A stretch of 64,000 bases of DNA, from contig JBITNC010000001.1 in NCBI GenBank assembly GCA_050084985.1, forward strand, positions 212,784,001 to 212,848,000, written 5' to 3'. This DNA comes from Nageia nagi. Lineage: Eukaryota; Plantae; Pinophyta. Below are positions 53,119 to 64,000 of the stretch, in pieces. The notes beneath the pieces are model-generated. The model worked only from the letters and a program-made list of their open reading frames with translations. It was not told the origin of the DNA and ran no database searches. The translations under genes and the position numbers were made by a program. Numbering within the stretch: position 1 is the first letter of the stretch; each line of letters starts with the position of its first letter.

Positions 53119-54595
53119 ATGGAGGCTTGTCACATAGGTTCTAGAGGTCATCCTTCAATATAAGGGTTAGGTATTAGGATCCTAACTTCATTTCCATTCT
53201 ATTGAGATAGCACCTATGCTAAATTTTTATGCAAAACTAATCATTTATCCTAGTGCTTATGTTGGTGTTCTTAGCATATTTTAGACTAAAATGAAAATCA
53301 TAGGGATAAGTGGTCATATTTAAGTTAGTGAAACCATATCATAGCTTCATATATCAATCAATTAGTTATCATTTTCAAACCAATGATATGGGTTCATAAA
53401 TCATGTAGATGATTACTTGAGCAATCCAATACCATCATCAAGCACCTCATATAAGTCAAATTGCTTGGTACATTCATATCTTCATGCCAAAAAAAATATA
53501 GGCTCAAAATCAATATGAGGATTCATGCCTGTGCTAACATTAACACTCATGATAAATTTTTTGCATCAAATTAAAATATTCATCATAGGTAAGTGCATGC
53601 ATTATTTTTTACTCTCTTACCTTCACATTCATGATCATAATTCAATCATGTCATGCTTCATTATTTACTTAGCACACCATGTCCTTATTGGGTGGACATT
53701 AAATAACCATCATTTTTTATTAATTTAGTTGGAACTAAATCAACCATTTTTATTATATTAACTTGGTGATTGGGAATAAACTAATCATTAGCCTAATGGC
53801 CACATTATCACTGGTACTATAATCATGCATTATTGGGAAATATTCAAACTAATTATCTCTAGATCACATCTCAAAATGGGGCATGTACCTCATGATGATG
53901 AGCAATATATCATATAGCATGGCTAGAAAATATTTAATTAAACCATGTATTTGAGTCACCTTTGCTGTTTGGGTCTTAACTAACCTCCATATTTGAGTTA
54001 CCTTTATTGGTTGGGTCTCAACTAACCATCATTATGTAGTTATTTTTATATATTGATCTTAGTAATGGGGCATGTACCTCATGATGATGTTAACATATAT
54101 GGTTTTGATTACATTTGATTTAGGAATAGGGAATTTACCCCATAATGATGTGGATACACCTTTATCATGATTTCTTATTTATGCATATAATAATGAAACA
54201 TTGAGTATTTCTATATAAAGTGTTCTAAAGATAATGTATGCATATTATATTTATTTCATCCTTGTTCTATTATTGCTATATCATTTGTGATGAAATATTA
54301 TGATATTCTCTCACACTATCATTGCTATATATTTTATGATTTAACAATCATATATGTGTTTGAAAGTGTGTGCCTCCCATTTTTAGGTTTCATTCTTTGC
54401 TCTTGGTTGATTCTACTACATGCAAGCCATTAAATCTCATAACCACGGTAAAGAGGAGGCAATATACTTAATCAAATCCTTGATGATCTAGACAGCTAAA
54501 CTAGGGAAGTGTCAAAATTTTCTTCTCTTTACCTTTCTTTACAAGCATATTATCATTTCAAGATTCAATTTTATTATACTTACAAAGGGGGCATA

Positions 54596-55456
54596 TGTTG
54601 ACATATAAAAGTGGTCCTCTTAACATGGTCCCACTTAGGTAAAACTTTACACATATGTTTAATCATATTTTACTTTATTATCATATTTTTTTTAGATTGT
54701 TTTCTTATTTTTATGTTAGGTACACCAAAATGAATTCAACCAATATTTAAGGCATCAAATGGTGATATCATGCTTGATATAAATGTAAGCATATCTAACT
54801 TGGGAAATACATTTAAAGATTGCATCTCGATAGTCAATACCCTACACTTGGGTGTTTCTAAACACTACCTATCGGGTTTGGAATCTTGTTACCACTTGAG
54901 AAAATATTTGTTATCCACTTTCATGATAATATGCTTAGTTTGACTTATCATCATCTTTACTATCATTGATCCTTATTGGTGAACCTCATTCTTTAGTAAC
55001 ATTCACATCTGTTCTAAGCTCTTAGAAATTATCACCCACATAGAGCTCATAGAGATTACCACCCATGCTGAGCTCTTAAAGATTAGCGAGCACCCACATT
55101 AAGCCCTTAGAGATTAGTGCTTGCACTAATATTTCTTCTACAGTTAGCCTTAGGGTTTACATAGTAAGGTCATTAATCTTTGATAAATTCATTCATCATA
55201 TCCTAAACTTTAACATAGGTAAGGACACATATGTATTTATCTTTCACCTCATTCCTCTCTGTTTAATGCATGTAGCTTATTTTACATCTTGATATTAATG
55301 TAATCTCAATATTTTGTTATTGTACTATTATATTACCCTAGTAGTCATGTATATTTATTTGAGTTAATCAGTTGAGATAAATCATATAGTAAATGTTTAT
55401 GTGTATTTAGTTCATTTAAATTAAAACCGTAGGTGATACCAAAAAATATATCAACA
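54596..55456 (+). repeat. 3' LTR of the Tat/Ogre element
   Basis: TGTTGACATA...ATATCAACA, preceded by the PPT and followed by TSD AAATG. Confidence 0.9.
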
Positions 55457-56098
55457 AAATGAATGGCTCATATGCTCTTAGAAAAGGATATTTTTTAGGC
55501 CATGTAGCATATGTTTGATGTTCATATGTAGGATTATATAACTTTAATTTATTATATGATAAAATTAAATCATCAGCACCCTTAAATGGTAGCTCAACTA
55601 ACTCCTAATTTGCACAAGTGCATGCAAGTGATATTTTAAGTTATTCTTTATGTCTCATTCTTATAAGAGGTAGATTAATTTGCTCCTATTTTTCATATGA
55701 TGAGTTTCCATGCTTTTTTAGTTCAAAATTGTATTTTAAATATTTAGAACATCTAGTAAGTTCAATTGGAACAAAGGGATTTTTGTATACTATAGGAGGT
55801 ATTGCACCCTCTATCTTTGGTAGGCCTTCAACATCAGAATAATGTATTTTTGCCACTTCCCTTTGTTGCCATTCTCTACCCTTACAACTTGAACACCCAC
55901 ATAAAATACATGCCCTAAAATAGAGAGTAATAGCATCATTCCATGTTATTAACTCATGATCAACCATTGGTTCATATCCTAGGAAATGACATCTTGCTAG
56001 AAAAAACTCTATGACTATGCTATCTCTTGCCCTTGTTGAATTAAGATTTTTTAATAAGAATTGATGACATCAAGTGTAATTATTAAAACATAAATGCA

Positions 56099-57493
56099 TG
56101 TAATATCCCTATTTTTAGGTGTTTTCCCCATTTCACCTTTGATAAATGGGAATATTAATTTATGAGTAATTTTATCTATTTTTGTAAGATTTGACCAAAA
56201 TGATGTAATTTCCACTTAAAGACTTAATAAAGCTCTAATTATAGAACAAATTATCCTCTTATTTATTGATTTATATGTAGTTAATTACTAAAATATCAAT
56301 AATGATGCATTTGTAATATGAAGGTAATTATATTTATAAATGCAATATTAGTCTCATTAAAAGAGGCATTGCATATTTTAGCCTTGATAATTGTACTATT
56401 GGTATTTAATGTATCTATAATCATTAGTGCTCCTCTATTCAAGGTAGAGCATCTTCCAAGGTGATTACACCAAGTATAAGGTCATTTGGAGCTCTAATGT
56501 TGGACATGGTACTTCAAATAAGATTTCAAAAATCTTGAGGTACTAGATGAATGCCATGCATGGAAGTTGGATATGTGTGCATCCTAAGAGCCCACATTAT
56601 GCCTCCTTGGCACTTGGACCCTTGGAACTAATTCCACAGAACTTTGGCATCACCCTCTTTTGGATGTTGGCATTCCTATCCCTTATATATGATTTCATTC
56701 ATCCCAAGGATTTTTGTATTGAATGTTGCACATATAAGCATACAAATAACATATATCCATTATTATATTATCTTAATACAATATTAGAAGATGATCACTC
56801 TCACCTATAAAAGGAGGACTCTTAATCATTATACAATATGCTGATTATTGTTATTAAACCTCATTTTTTGGATTAAGTGTGATAACTCTATCTTCATCAC
56901 TTATAAGGCAACTTGCATTTAAGGTATTGAGGTGAGAGGAGGCTAACCTCAAACTTACTCTAGCCATATTAAGAGGAACACTATTGGTTCCATCATAGTT
57001 GCTACAGAGGAAGACCTAGTTTGCACCTCACTACTCCTATGATTAGTGAGGCCTTAGAGCCATATAATATAACCCTATTAGAGGTAGTCTTGGTATAAAC
57101 TCCTTAGTTAATAAAAATATTATAATTATACTTTTGTTATTGTTATATCAATACAATTACATCTTTATTATTAGTTTCATATAAATTATTCACCTATGCT
57201 TAGATGTTGGATTTAGAGTGGTATTTGCATAGTTAATTTCCTATTTTTTCTCTTTGATTGAATCATTAGAATATTGGAAGTGTTGCATGATTAAATGTTG
57301 TGTTTTGATCACTATAGCTAGACAATGGGTTAGTGGAGATGTTTTGCATATTTGAATTCATATTTGGCAATTCTAGCTAGATGATGGGTTTCTTGCATAT
57401 TTTTTAGCTTTTATGGATAGTTTTGAGGCTTGGAGCCAAACATCCCTCTCCTAGGGCATGTTTTAGGAGTGGGCCCTAATTTATCTCATTACA
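56099..57493. mobile_element. Solo LTR (1395 bp)
   Basis: Termini TGTAAT...ATTACA, perfect TSD ATGCA (56094-56098 and 57494-57498), internal CTATAAAAGG TATA at ~56805. Confidence 0.88.
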
Positions 57494-58044
57494 ATGCAAA
57501 TAAGAAATATTGATAGGATTTGATGATAATATAAAAAAAATAAATCATAATTAAATGCTAATTACCTTAACGTATTCATCATATTCAAATTGTAAAGATG
57601 GATCATCACTCATTTAACTAGGAATGGAGTTATCTTCCTGTAACATTAGCCATATAAATAGAAACTAGTTAAATATTGTATATGGATTAAATGAGATCTT
57701 ACATTTCTAATGACATTTTTATGTACATTAATAACATGCACATACCTCATCCTTATCCAAATTCCTATCATTAGGAATCAATGGTTGTACAATCCCATCC
57801 TCATCATCATTAGTTGACACATCCTCCCTCTTAGGATGACAAAATGGTGATAGCTCCTTGACATCAGATGGTACATCACTCCTACTATGAATCAACATAA
57901 TGATAAAAGATAATGATGATATTGATGAAATGATGTCACTTTATTGCTTTATAATTAAATCAATTTAGAAATAATAGTTAGTACATTCTATGGTTTAAAA
58001 ATGTTTAAATATTGTTGAAAATGTTAAATTAGAAATAAAATTGA

Positions 58045-58680
58045 TTACTTAGGGGATTAAGATTTTAGGGTTTATGGGTATTAGGATTTAAGGATTAGGG
58101 TATAGGGTATTAAGGTTAAGGTTTAATGTTTAGGGTTTAGGGTATATGGTTTATAGTTTAGGATTTAAGGTTTATTGTTTATGATTTAGGATATAATGTT
58201 TAATATTTAGGGTTAAATATTTAGGGTTTGGAATTTAAGACTCAAGATATAGATTTAGGGTTTAAGGTATAGGGTTTAGAGATTACAATTTAAGATTTAG
58301 GGTTTAGCGTATAAGGTTTAATTTTTGATGTTTAGAGTTAAATATTTAGGGTTTAGGGTTCAAGATATAGGTTCAAGTTCTAGAGCTTAGGGTAAAGGGT
58401 ATAAGGTTTAGAGTTTATAATTTAGGATTTAAGGTATTAGGTATAAGGTATAGCATTTAGAGTATAGGGTTTAGAGTATAAGGTATAAGGTTTAGGGTTT
58501 AATATTTATAGTTTAGGGTATAAGGTTTAGGGTTAAGGTTTAATATTTAGAGTTTAGGGTATATGGTATATGGTTTAGGAATTAAGGTTTATTAATTAGG
58601 ATTTAGGATTTAGAGTACAAGGTACAAGGTATAGGGTATAATGTTTAAGGTATAATATTTAATATTTAGGGTTTAGGATT
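58045..58680 (+). repeat. Degenerate telomere-like (TTTAGGG/TATAGGG/TATAAGG)n array
   Basis: About 630 bp of 7-mer variants with many exact TTTAGGG units; cut at 58681 by an LTR. Confidence 0.85.
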
Positions 58681-59070
58681 TGTTAGGAACTAGTAAGTTC
58701 CTAAATGGGATTCTAACATAATAATAGTAAATATGAACTAAAGAAATTACTCAATATCACAATCATAAGCAATACAAACTCAAATATAACAATATAGTAA
58801 TATATTGGTATTACTAAAATCCAAAATGAATCATGGACCACCTTGAGGGGGCTACCTCATTTTCAACTTAATAATATATTTTCCAAGATGATTACTATTT
58901 TATTCTTAAAAAGTATTTATAGTCTACCTACCCAAACCCTAATAATCCATTCAATACAAAATGGTGATTCACATTACAAATATATCAAGTACTTACATTT
59001 AATAAAAGCCTATAGTCTCATTAATAAACTAGTATATTCTAAGTAAATGTTAGGATGTGGGATCATAACA
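58681..59070 (-). repeat. 3' LTR of the chromovirus (390 bp)
   Basis: TGTTA...TAACA termini; adjacent minus-strand PPT AAGAAGGGTGGCA. Confidence 0.85.
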
Positions 59071-59084
59071 TGCCACCCTTCTTA

Positions 59085-62000
59085 AGAGACAAATTTTTCC
59101 TCAAAGCTAAAAATTAGAAAATTATTGCTATATTTGGTGGAGAGTCTCCCATGTTGCATCTTTAGAAGCTAAGCCATGTCATTGGATAAAGAATTTAGTA
59201 ATAGTGCAATTATGAAGTTGGCATGTGCTTCAGTCTAGAATGACCTCAAGTTCAACCATGATGGATCCTTCCTTAATAAATTTTGGTAATTTAATTTGGA
59301 CTATGGTTTGGGAGCCAAGTACTTGATTAAGGTATGAGATATGGAAAATAGGGTGAATTTTGGATGATGCTGGAAGTGCCAACTTGTATATTGCAGGGTT
59401 GATACATTGAAGTATCTTATAAGTTCCATAGAATCATTGGCCCAATTTTTCGGGACCTTTTAGTTTAAGAGATGTTTGTTGGTATGGTTGAAGTCTCAAG
59501 AAAATCATGTCACCTTCCTAAAACTATAACTCAACCCATTATTTATCAACTTACTATTTCATTTGATGTTGAGCCATTTGAAGATTTTCTTGAAGGATGC
59601 AAATTATCTCTCCTTAATTTGATAAGGTAGTGTCTACTACTTGGACATACGTGCTTCTTGGGATATAAGAGGTAATTATGGGAAAAGGTTGACCATACAT
59701 GGATTCATATGGAGTCATCTTGATGGATGTATAATCGAAAGTGTTATACCACCATTATACTAAGGGAATCCATTTTACCCAATGGACTGATTAGGTAGAT
59801 GCAAAGCAATGGAGATATGTTTCTAAGAATTTATTAATAATCTCTTTTTGATAATCTATTTAAGGGTTATATGTTGAGATATATTGCATTTAGTACCCAA
59901 AAGTTTGAAGAACTTTAACTAGAACTTAGTGGTGAATGTTGGGTCATGATCACTAACAATGATGGATGGCATACCATGGAGTTTAAAAATATTATCAAGG
60001 AAAAGTTGCACAATAGTTACAACTTTATAAGGATGTGCCAAGGGGAAGAAATGTGCATATTTGGAGATTTGATTCATTATTACCATGATAATAGCTTTTC
60101 TATATGATTTTCAAACGCATTCAATAAAATCCATTAAGATATCTCTCTAGGTACACTCAGGTATGGGTAGAGGTTGAAGCAATCCTAGGGTTCCCACTAT
60201 CTCACCTTTCTTTCATTGAAAAACATCACATTTTGATACAAATTTCTTGATATCTTATTTCATACTTGGCCAATAGAAGGAGTGAAGTACTCATTGATAG
60301 GTTTTTAGAAACCTAGAATGCTAGCTATTGATGTCAAATGCAACTCTTGAAGTATCTATTCTCTTCATAAAGAGTTTATTGATAAAGCAATATGACCTTT
60401 AAATCATAGAATTCCATTATGCTAATGTAACTCTATCTTGAAGTAATTCTTATTTAACCTGGTTGATTCATTAATGAATTAGGTAGGAAAGAGCCTAAAA
60501 CATCATGGGCTCCTCAAATTTTTGAGAAAGAGCATTAATAAACAACATTCTTAGTGCCTTTTTTATACATAATCTTGTAGTCATACCTTAAGAGTTTAGG
60601 AATCCACTTTTATTATTTAGGGGTGGAGATGCATTGTTCCAAGAAGTATTTCAAACTATGATGGTCTATTCTGATGCTAAAATGATGATCGATGAGGTAG
60701 GGCCTCCAACATTGAATTGCATGGATAATTGCAAGCATTTATTTTTCATATGTGGATTTGGCCAAATTATGACTTGAAAGAGCCTTACTTGTGAAAGCCA
60801 AGGTTTCCCTTCTTGCATTAATATAGCTCTAAGTCCTACTCCCAAGGCATCACTTTCAATGATAAAAGTTTTAGAGAAATCTAGCATAACCAATACTAGG
60901 GTTGAGCATTTGGTGGCCTTTAGTTGATGAAATGTTTTTTTGATAGCTATTGACCAATTGAAAGCATTATTTTTCAATAGGGTTGTTAGGGGAGCTATAA
61001 TCTTTCCATAATCTTTCAAAAATTTATGGTAATATCTTATCAATCCAAATAAATCTTCCAATCCTTTCAAGGAGTTGGGCAGGGGCCATGTTTATATCCT
61101 TAATCTTTAGTTGATTCACCTTAACACCTTTAAAATAATGTGTTCAAGGTACTTGAGCTCTTGATGGCTAAAAGAACATTTATAGCACTAGGTGTACAAA
61201 TAGTTCTCTTAGAGAAGTTGCAATTTTTGACCTAGGTAGATGAAGTGATCCTTCCAAGTTTTGCTATAGATAAAAATATCATCAAAGAAAATTAAAATTA
61301 ATTTTCAAAGAAAAAGGTGGAATACCTAGTTCATCAAACTTTGAAATGTAGAATGTGTGTTGGTAAGAACAAATTATATCACGAGGAACTCATAATGGCC
61401 TTCATGAGTGCAAAAAGTAATTTTGGGAATGTCTTCTTCATGTAATCAGATTTGATGGTACCAAACCAAAGGTCTATTTCGGAGAAATTTTTTACATCAT
61501 GTAATTCGTCTAGTAATTCATTGATGATAGGGATGGGAAACTTATCCTTGATGGTGATTTTATTGAGACCCCGAAAGTCAATATACATTTGCCATGATCC
61601 ATATTTCTTATGAATCAATATAACTAGAGATGAGTAAAGAATCATGCTAGGATGAATGATGCTAGATTATAACATTTCATTAACCAACTTTTCTATTTCA
61701 TCCTTATTTAAGAAAGGATAATGGTAAGGCTGAATGTTGGGTGGTTAAATTTTTGTAATTAATTGAATTTCATGGTCATGAGGATGATGGAGAGGTAATC
61801 CATGGGGTTCCTCAAGGATGACTACATGATGAGTATGCACTTACTATAATTCTTGTACTTTTGGTAACTCTTACATGGCTGGTTGAATAGAAAATAGTTT
61901 TCTTATCACTCCTTTACCACCTTTCTTCAATAATTTCTCCATGCAATGAGAACTAATAATTTAGGACTATCTTACCTTAAGTCCTTTGAGAGTGTATTTG

Positions 62001-63410
62001 TAGTCATTGAACTTGAATTGCATCCATAGCTCACAAAAATTCTAGATAACAAGGCCTAATCTCATCAACCACTATATTCCAAGGACCATATCACATCCAC
62101 CCAATGGTCATACATGTCACCATGCATCTTGTAGTCACCCATACTAAGCTTGATATTTTGACACCAACCTTTGTAAGCAATTTTACCTCCATTCCCAATC
62201 ATTACCTCAAAATTATTTTGTGGGTAGATGTAAGAGTGGATCTTTATGGCCACATTAAGATCTACAAAATTATGAGTGCTTCCTAAATCCAACAATATTA
62301 TCAACATTTGGCCTTTAAAATATCCCTTAACTTTCATAGTCTATAGAGAATTAAAACCATAGAGTGCATTGTAGAAAAAGTTTAGGAATAATTCATTATG
62401 TTGGTCTACCTCTTTTTCAATATCTTCCATTGCATCCTCAAAATCCTCTTTAGATGGATCCTCAGGAGCTTTCGCATCCAACACATATAGTTTTTGGGTA
62501 GCATAATGATGATCCCATGTAAATTTTTCACCATAATTATAATAGAGTTCTTTCTCCTTCTATTCCTCCATATCAACAAGGGTTAGTATCTTAACTGGTA
62601 GGGAGTATACCAGCTTTAAACCACCTTGAGATGGTTGTAATTTCCAAGTAAGGTGCTTGGTGTATTTATGTTGTGTATTGAATTTATCTTCCACCAACTT
62701 GGCAAGATTTTTTATCATGTTGTTTGGATTGAATATTTTGAATTTCACTTGAATTTACTCCTTCAATCCACTAATGAAATAACTTTGATAGAATGCATCA
62801 TCTAGTCCTTTTGTATGGTTATCCAATTTCCAAAATTCTATTTGATATTTTCAAATTGCATTTATTTAGCATAATTTATTGAATGCATTGGCAAAATATG
62901 CAAAGGAATTAGGGATGAATATGATAAGGAGATTTTGGGTAAATTCCCCTAAGATGGGATTTCATTTTCCTTTTTGAACCATTAGTACCATTGGAAGGCC
63001 TCACACTTAAGATGAAATGAGGCAAGATTGACTTTATGATCTTTGAGAATTTGATTTAGAGAAAATTATTACTCATCCAAGTACACCCAATTAGTAGCAT
63101 CATCACCATCAAATATTGGAAAGTCCAATTTAATTTTTTATGAAAGGAAAAAAGTTGGTTATGATCCTTGAAAATTATTAATACTTTGTCTAGTGTATAG
63201 TTTAAATTGATTTGATCCACTTGCATATGCTTATTCAAGAGTTTGAACCTTTCAATTAATATTAACAAAAAGTTAGTAGAGATCGCTTGTATTATTTTAG
63301 TAATCTCTTCATGATCCATGGGAATGGGTTTGTCTCATATTATTACTACCAAAGATTCAATTTTTTGTGATAATTTTTCCATGTCCTAGGATCTTTGACC
63401 ATCTACCATC
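59085..63410 (-). pseudogene. pol: Decayed gag-pol polyprotein with C-terminal chromodomain
   Basis: LLDLGSTHNFV (PR); IDFRGLNKITIKDKFPIPIINELLDEL and FFDDIFIYS (RT); FIIESDALGVGLRAILMQ (RH); integrase remnants at ~59300-60330; HGLASKDATWE chromodomain motif at ~59150-59180. Confidence 0.9.
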
Positions 63411-63960
63411 TTGCTATTTTATGAACTGCTATTTTTAGAAACTACTATTTTAAAAAATTTAAAAAGTGTATGGGTGCTATATGTCAAAATGATTAGCATG
63501 AAAAAATAATCATAACGAGATAGGCTAATATTTCTTTTCTTTTAAATAATCATTACTAAAGGTAACAAACTAAACTTATCAAAAACATCTAAGTCTTCAC
63601 CATTTGAGAGATACTAGCCTTTGAATTTTTTACCCATTTTGGATGTTACTATTTTGGATAAGATTAAGTATGATTCATGAAGGAAAATTTTTATTTTCAT
63701 AAATTATAGTAGTTTATAGTAAGAAGATCGATGCATAATGAATGCATGGAAGATAGATGGGTGTGATAAAAATGATGTGAAATGAAATAGGGTATGAATT
63801 TTTTTTTTGGTAGAATTTTAGCTATGAAATGGATAAAATGTAGTGTTCTAACTCAATGTGACTTGGTGTTCTAGAGAAATTTTGGTAGAGGTTTGGCTAT
63901 GAAATAGAAAAATGTAAGGTTCCAACTTGATGTGACCTTCCCCATAAATGCCAAAATTGG

Positions 63961-63973
63961 AGCTCTGATACTA
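63961..63973 (-). promoter_or_regulatory. Primer-binding site for initiator tRNA-Met
   Basis: Minus strand reads TAGTATCAGAGCT (one mismatch to TGGTATCAGAGC), next to the LTR starting at 63976. Confidence 0.8.
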
Positions 63974-64000
63974 CATGTTAGGAACCTGCAAGTTCCTAAA

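Larger units (their letters stand above)
38196..55456 (+). mobile_element. Full-length, ancient Tat/Ogre-lineage Ty3/gypsy LTR retrotransposon with nested insertions
   Basis: LTRs TGTT...AACA, perfect TSD AAATG (38191-38195 and 55457-55461), PPT AAAGGGGGCATA before the 3' LTR, and domain order gag-PR-RT-RH-aRH-INT. Confidence 0.92.
32850..58680 (-). mobile_element. Large CACTA (En/Spm) transposon with multiple nested insertions; other terminus beyond the window
   Basis: CACTACAAAAAAA terminus at 32850 lies downstream of the minus-strand TnpD remnant. Sequence is interrupted cleanly by TSD-flanked insertions at 38196-55456 and 56099-57493. The extent beyond 55.5 kb is inferred. Confidence 0.65.
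58681..64000 (-). mobile_element. Chromovirus (Reina-like) Ty3/gypsy element; 5' LTR truncated by the window edge
   Basis: Short LTR 58681-59070; second LTR starts at 63976 (TGTTAGGAAC..AAGTTCCTAAA in both). iMet PBS at 63961-63973, PPT at 59071-59085, and gag-PR-RT-RH-INT-chromodomain order. Confidence 0.9.

Noticed and set aside
58045-58680. True chromosome end/telomere
   Set aside because: The repeats are highly degenerate, short and flanked on both sides by TE sequence, so the array is interstitial.
30589-58843. Numerous 60-130 aa I/L/F/Y/K-rich ORFs in the supplied track
   Set aside because: They are antisense or off-frame shadows of decayed TE genes or chance ORFs in AT-rich DNA, with no host-gene motifs.

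Overview
AT-rich, CpG-depleted eukaryotic DNA from a large-genome land plant; the TE families and protein remnants fit a gymnosperm best (inference). I found no intact host protein-coding gene, rRNA, tRNA or CRISPR array. The window is mostly a layered transposon landscape. (1) 1-14 kb is intron-like DNA of a possible minus-strand spliced transcript. It hosts a complete 5.4-kb non-autonomous Ty3/gypsy element (1337-6745, TSD CATTA) that keeps gag-protease but has a 30-bp/10-aa repeat in place of RT-RH-INT, plus a non-autonomous hAT-like element. (2) 14-19 kb holds an L1 LINE ORF2 remnant and a PLS-class PPR pseudogene split by a 1.2-kb CACTA. (3) 21.7-30.0 kb is an 8.3-kb Tat/Ogre-like element with gag only plus an antisense plant mobile domain (PMD). 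(4) From 32.85 kb a large CACTA element (TnpD remnant) carries nested insertions: a 17.3-kb Tat/Ogre element (TSD AAATG; itself containing a hAT transposon with a PPR fragment and a MITE), a solo LTR (TSD ATGCA), a degenerate TTTAGGG array, and a chromovirus running off the right edge. All coding remnants are decayed. Boundaries with TSDs were read directly from the sequence; other boundaries and all family assignments come from motif recognition by eye, without database searches.
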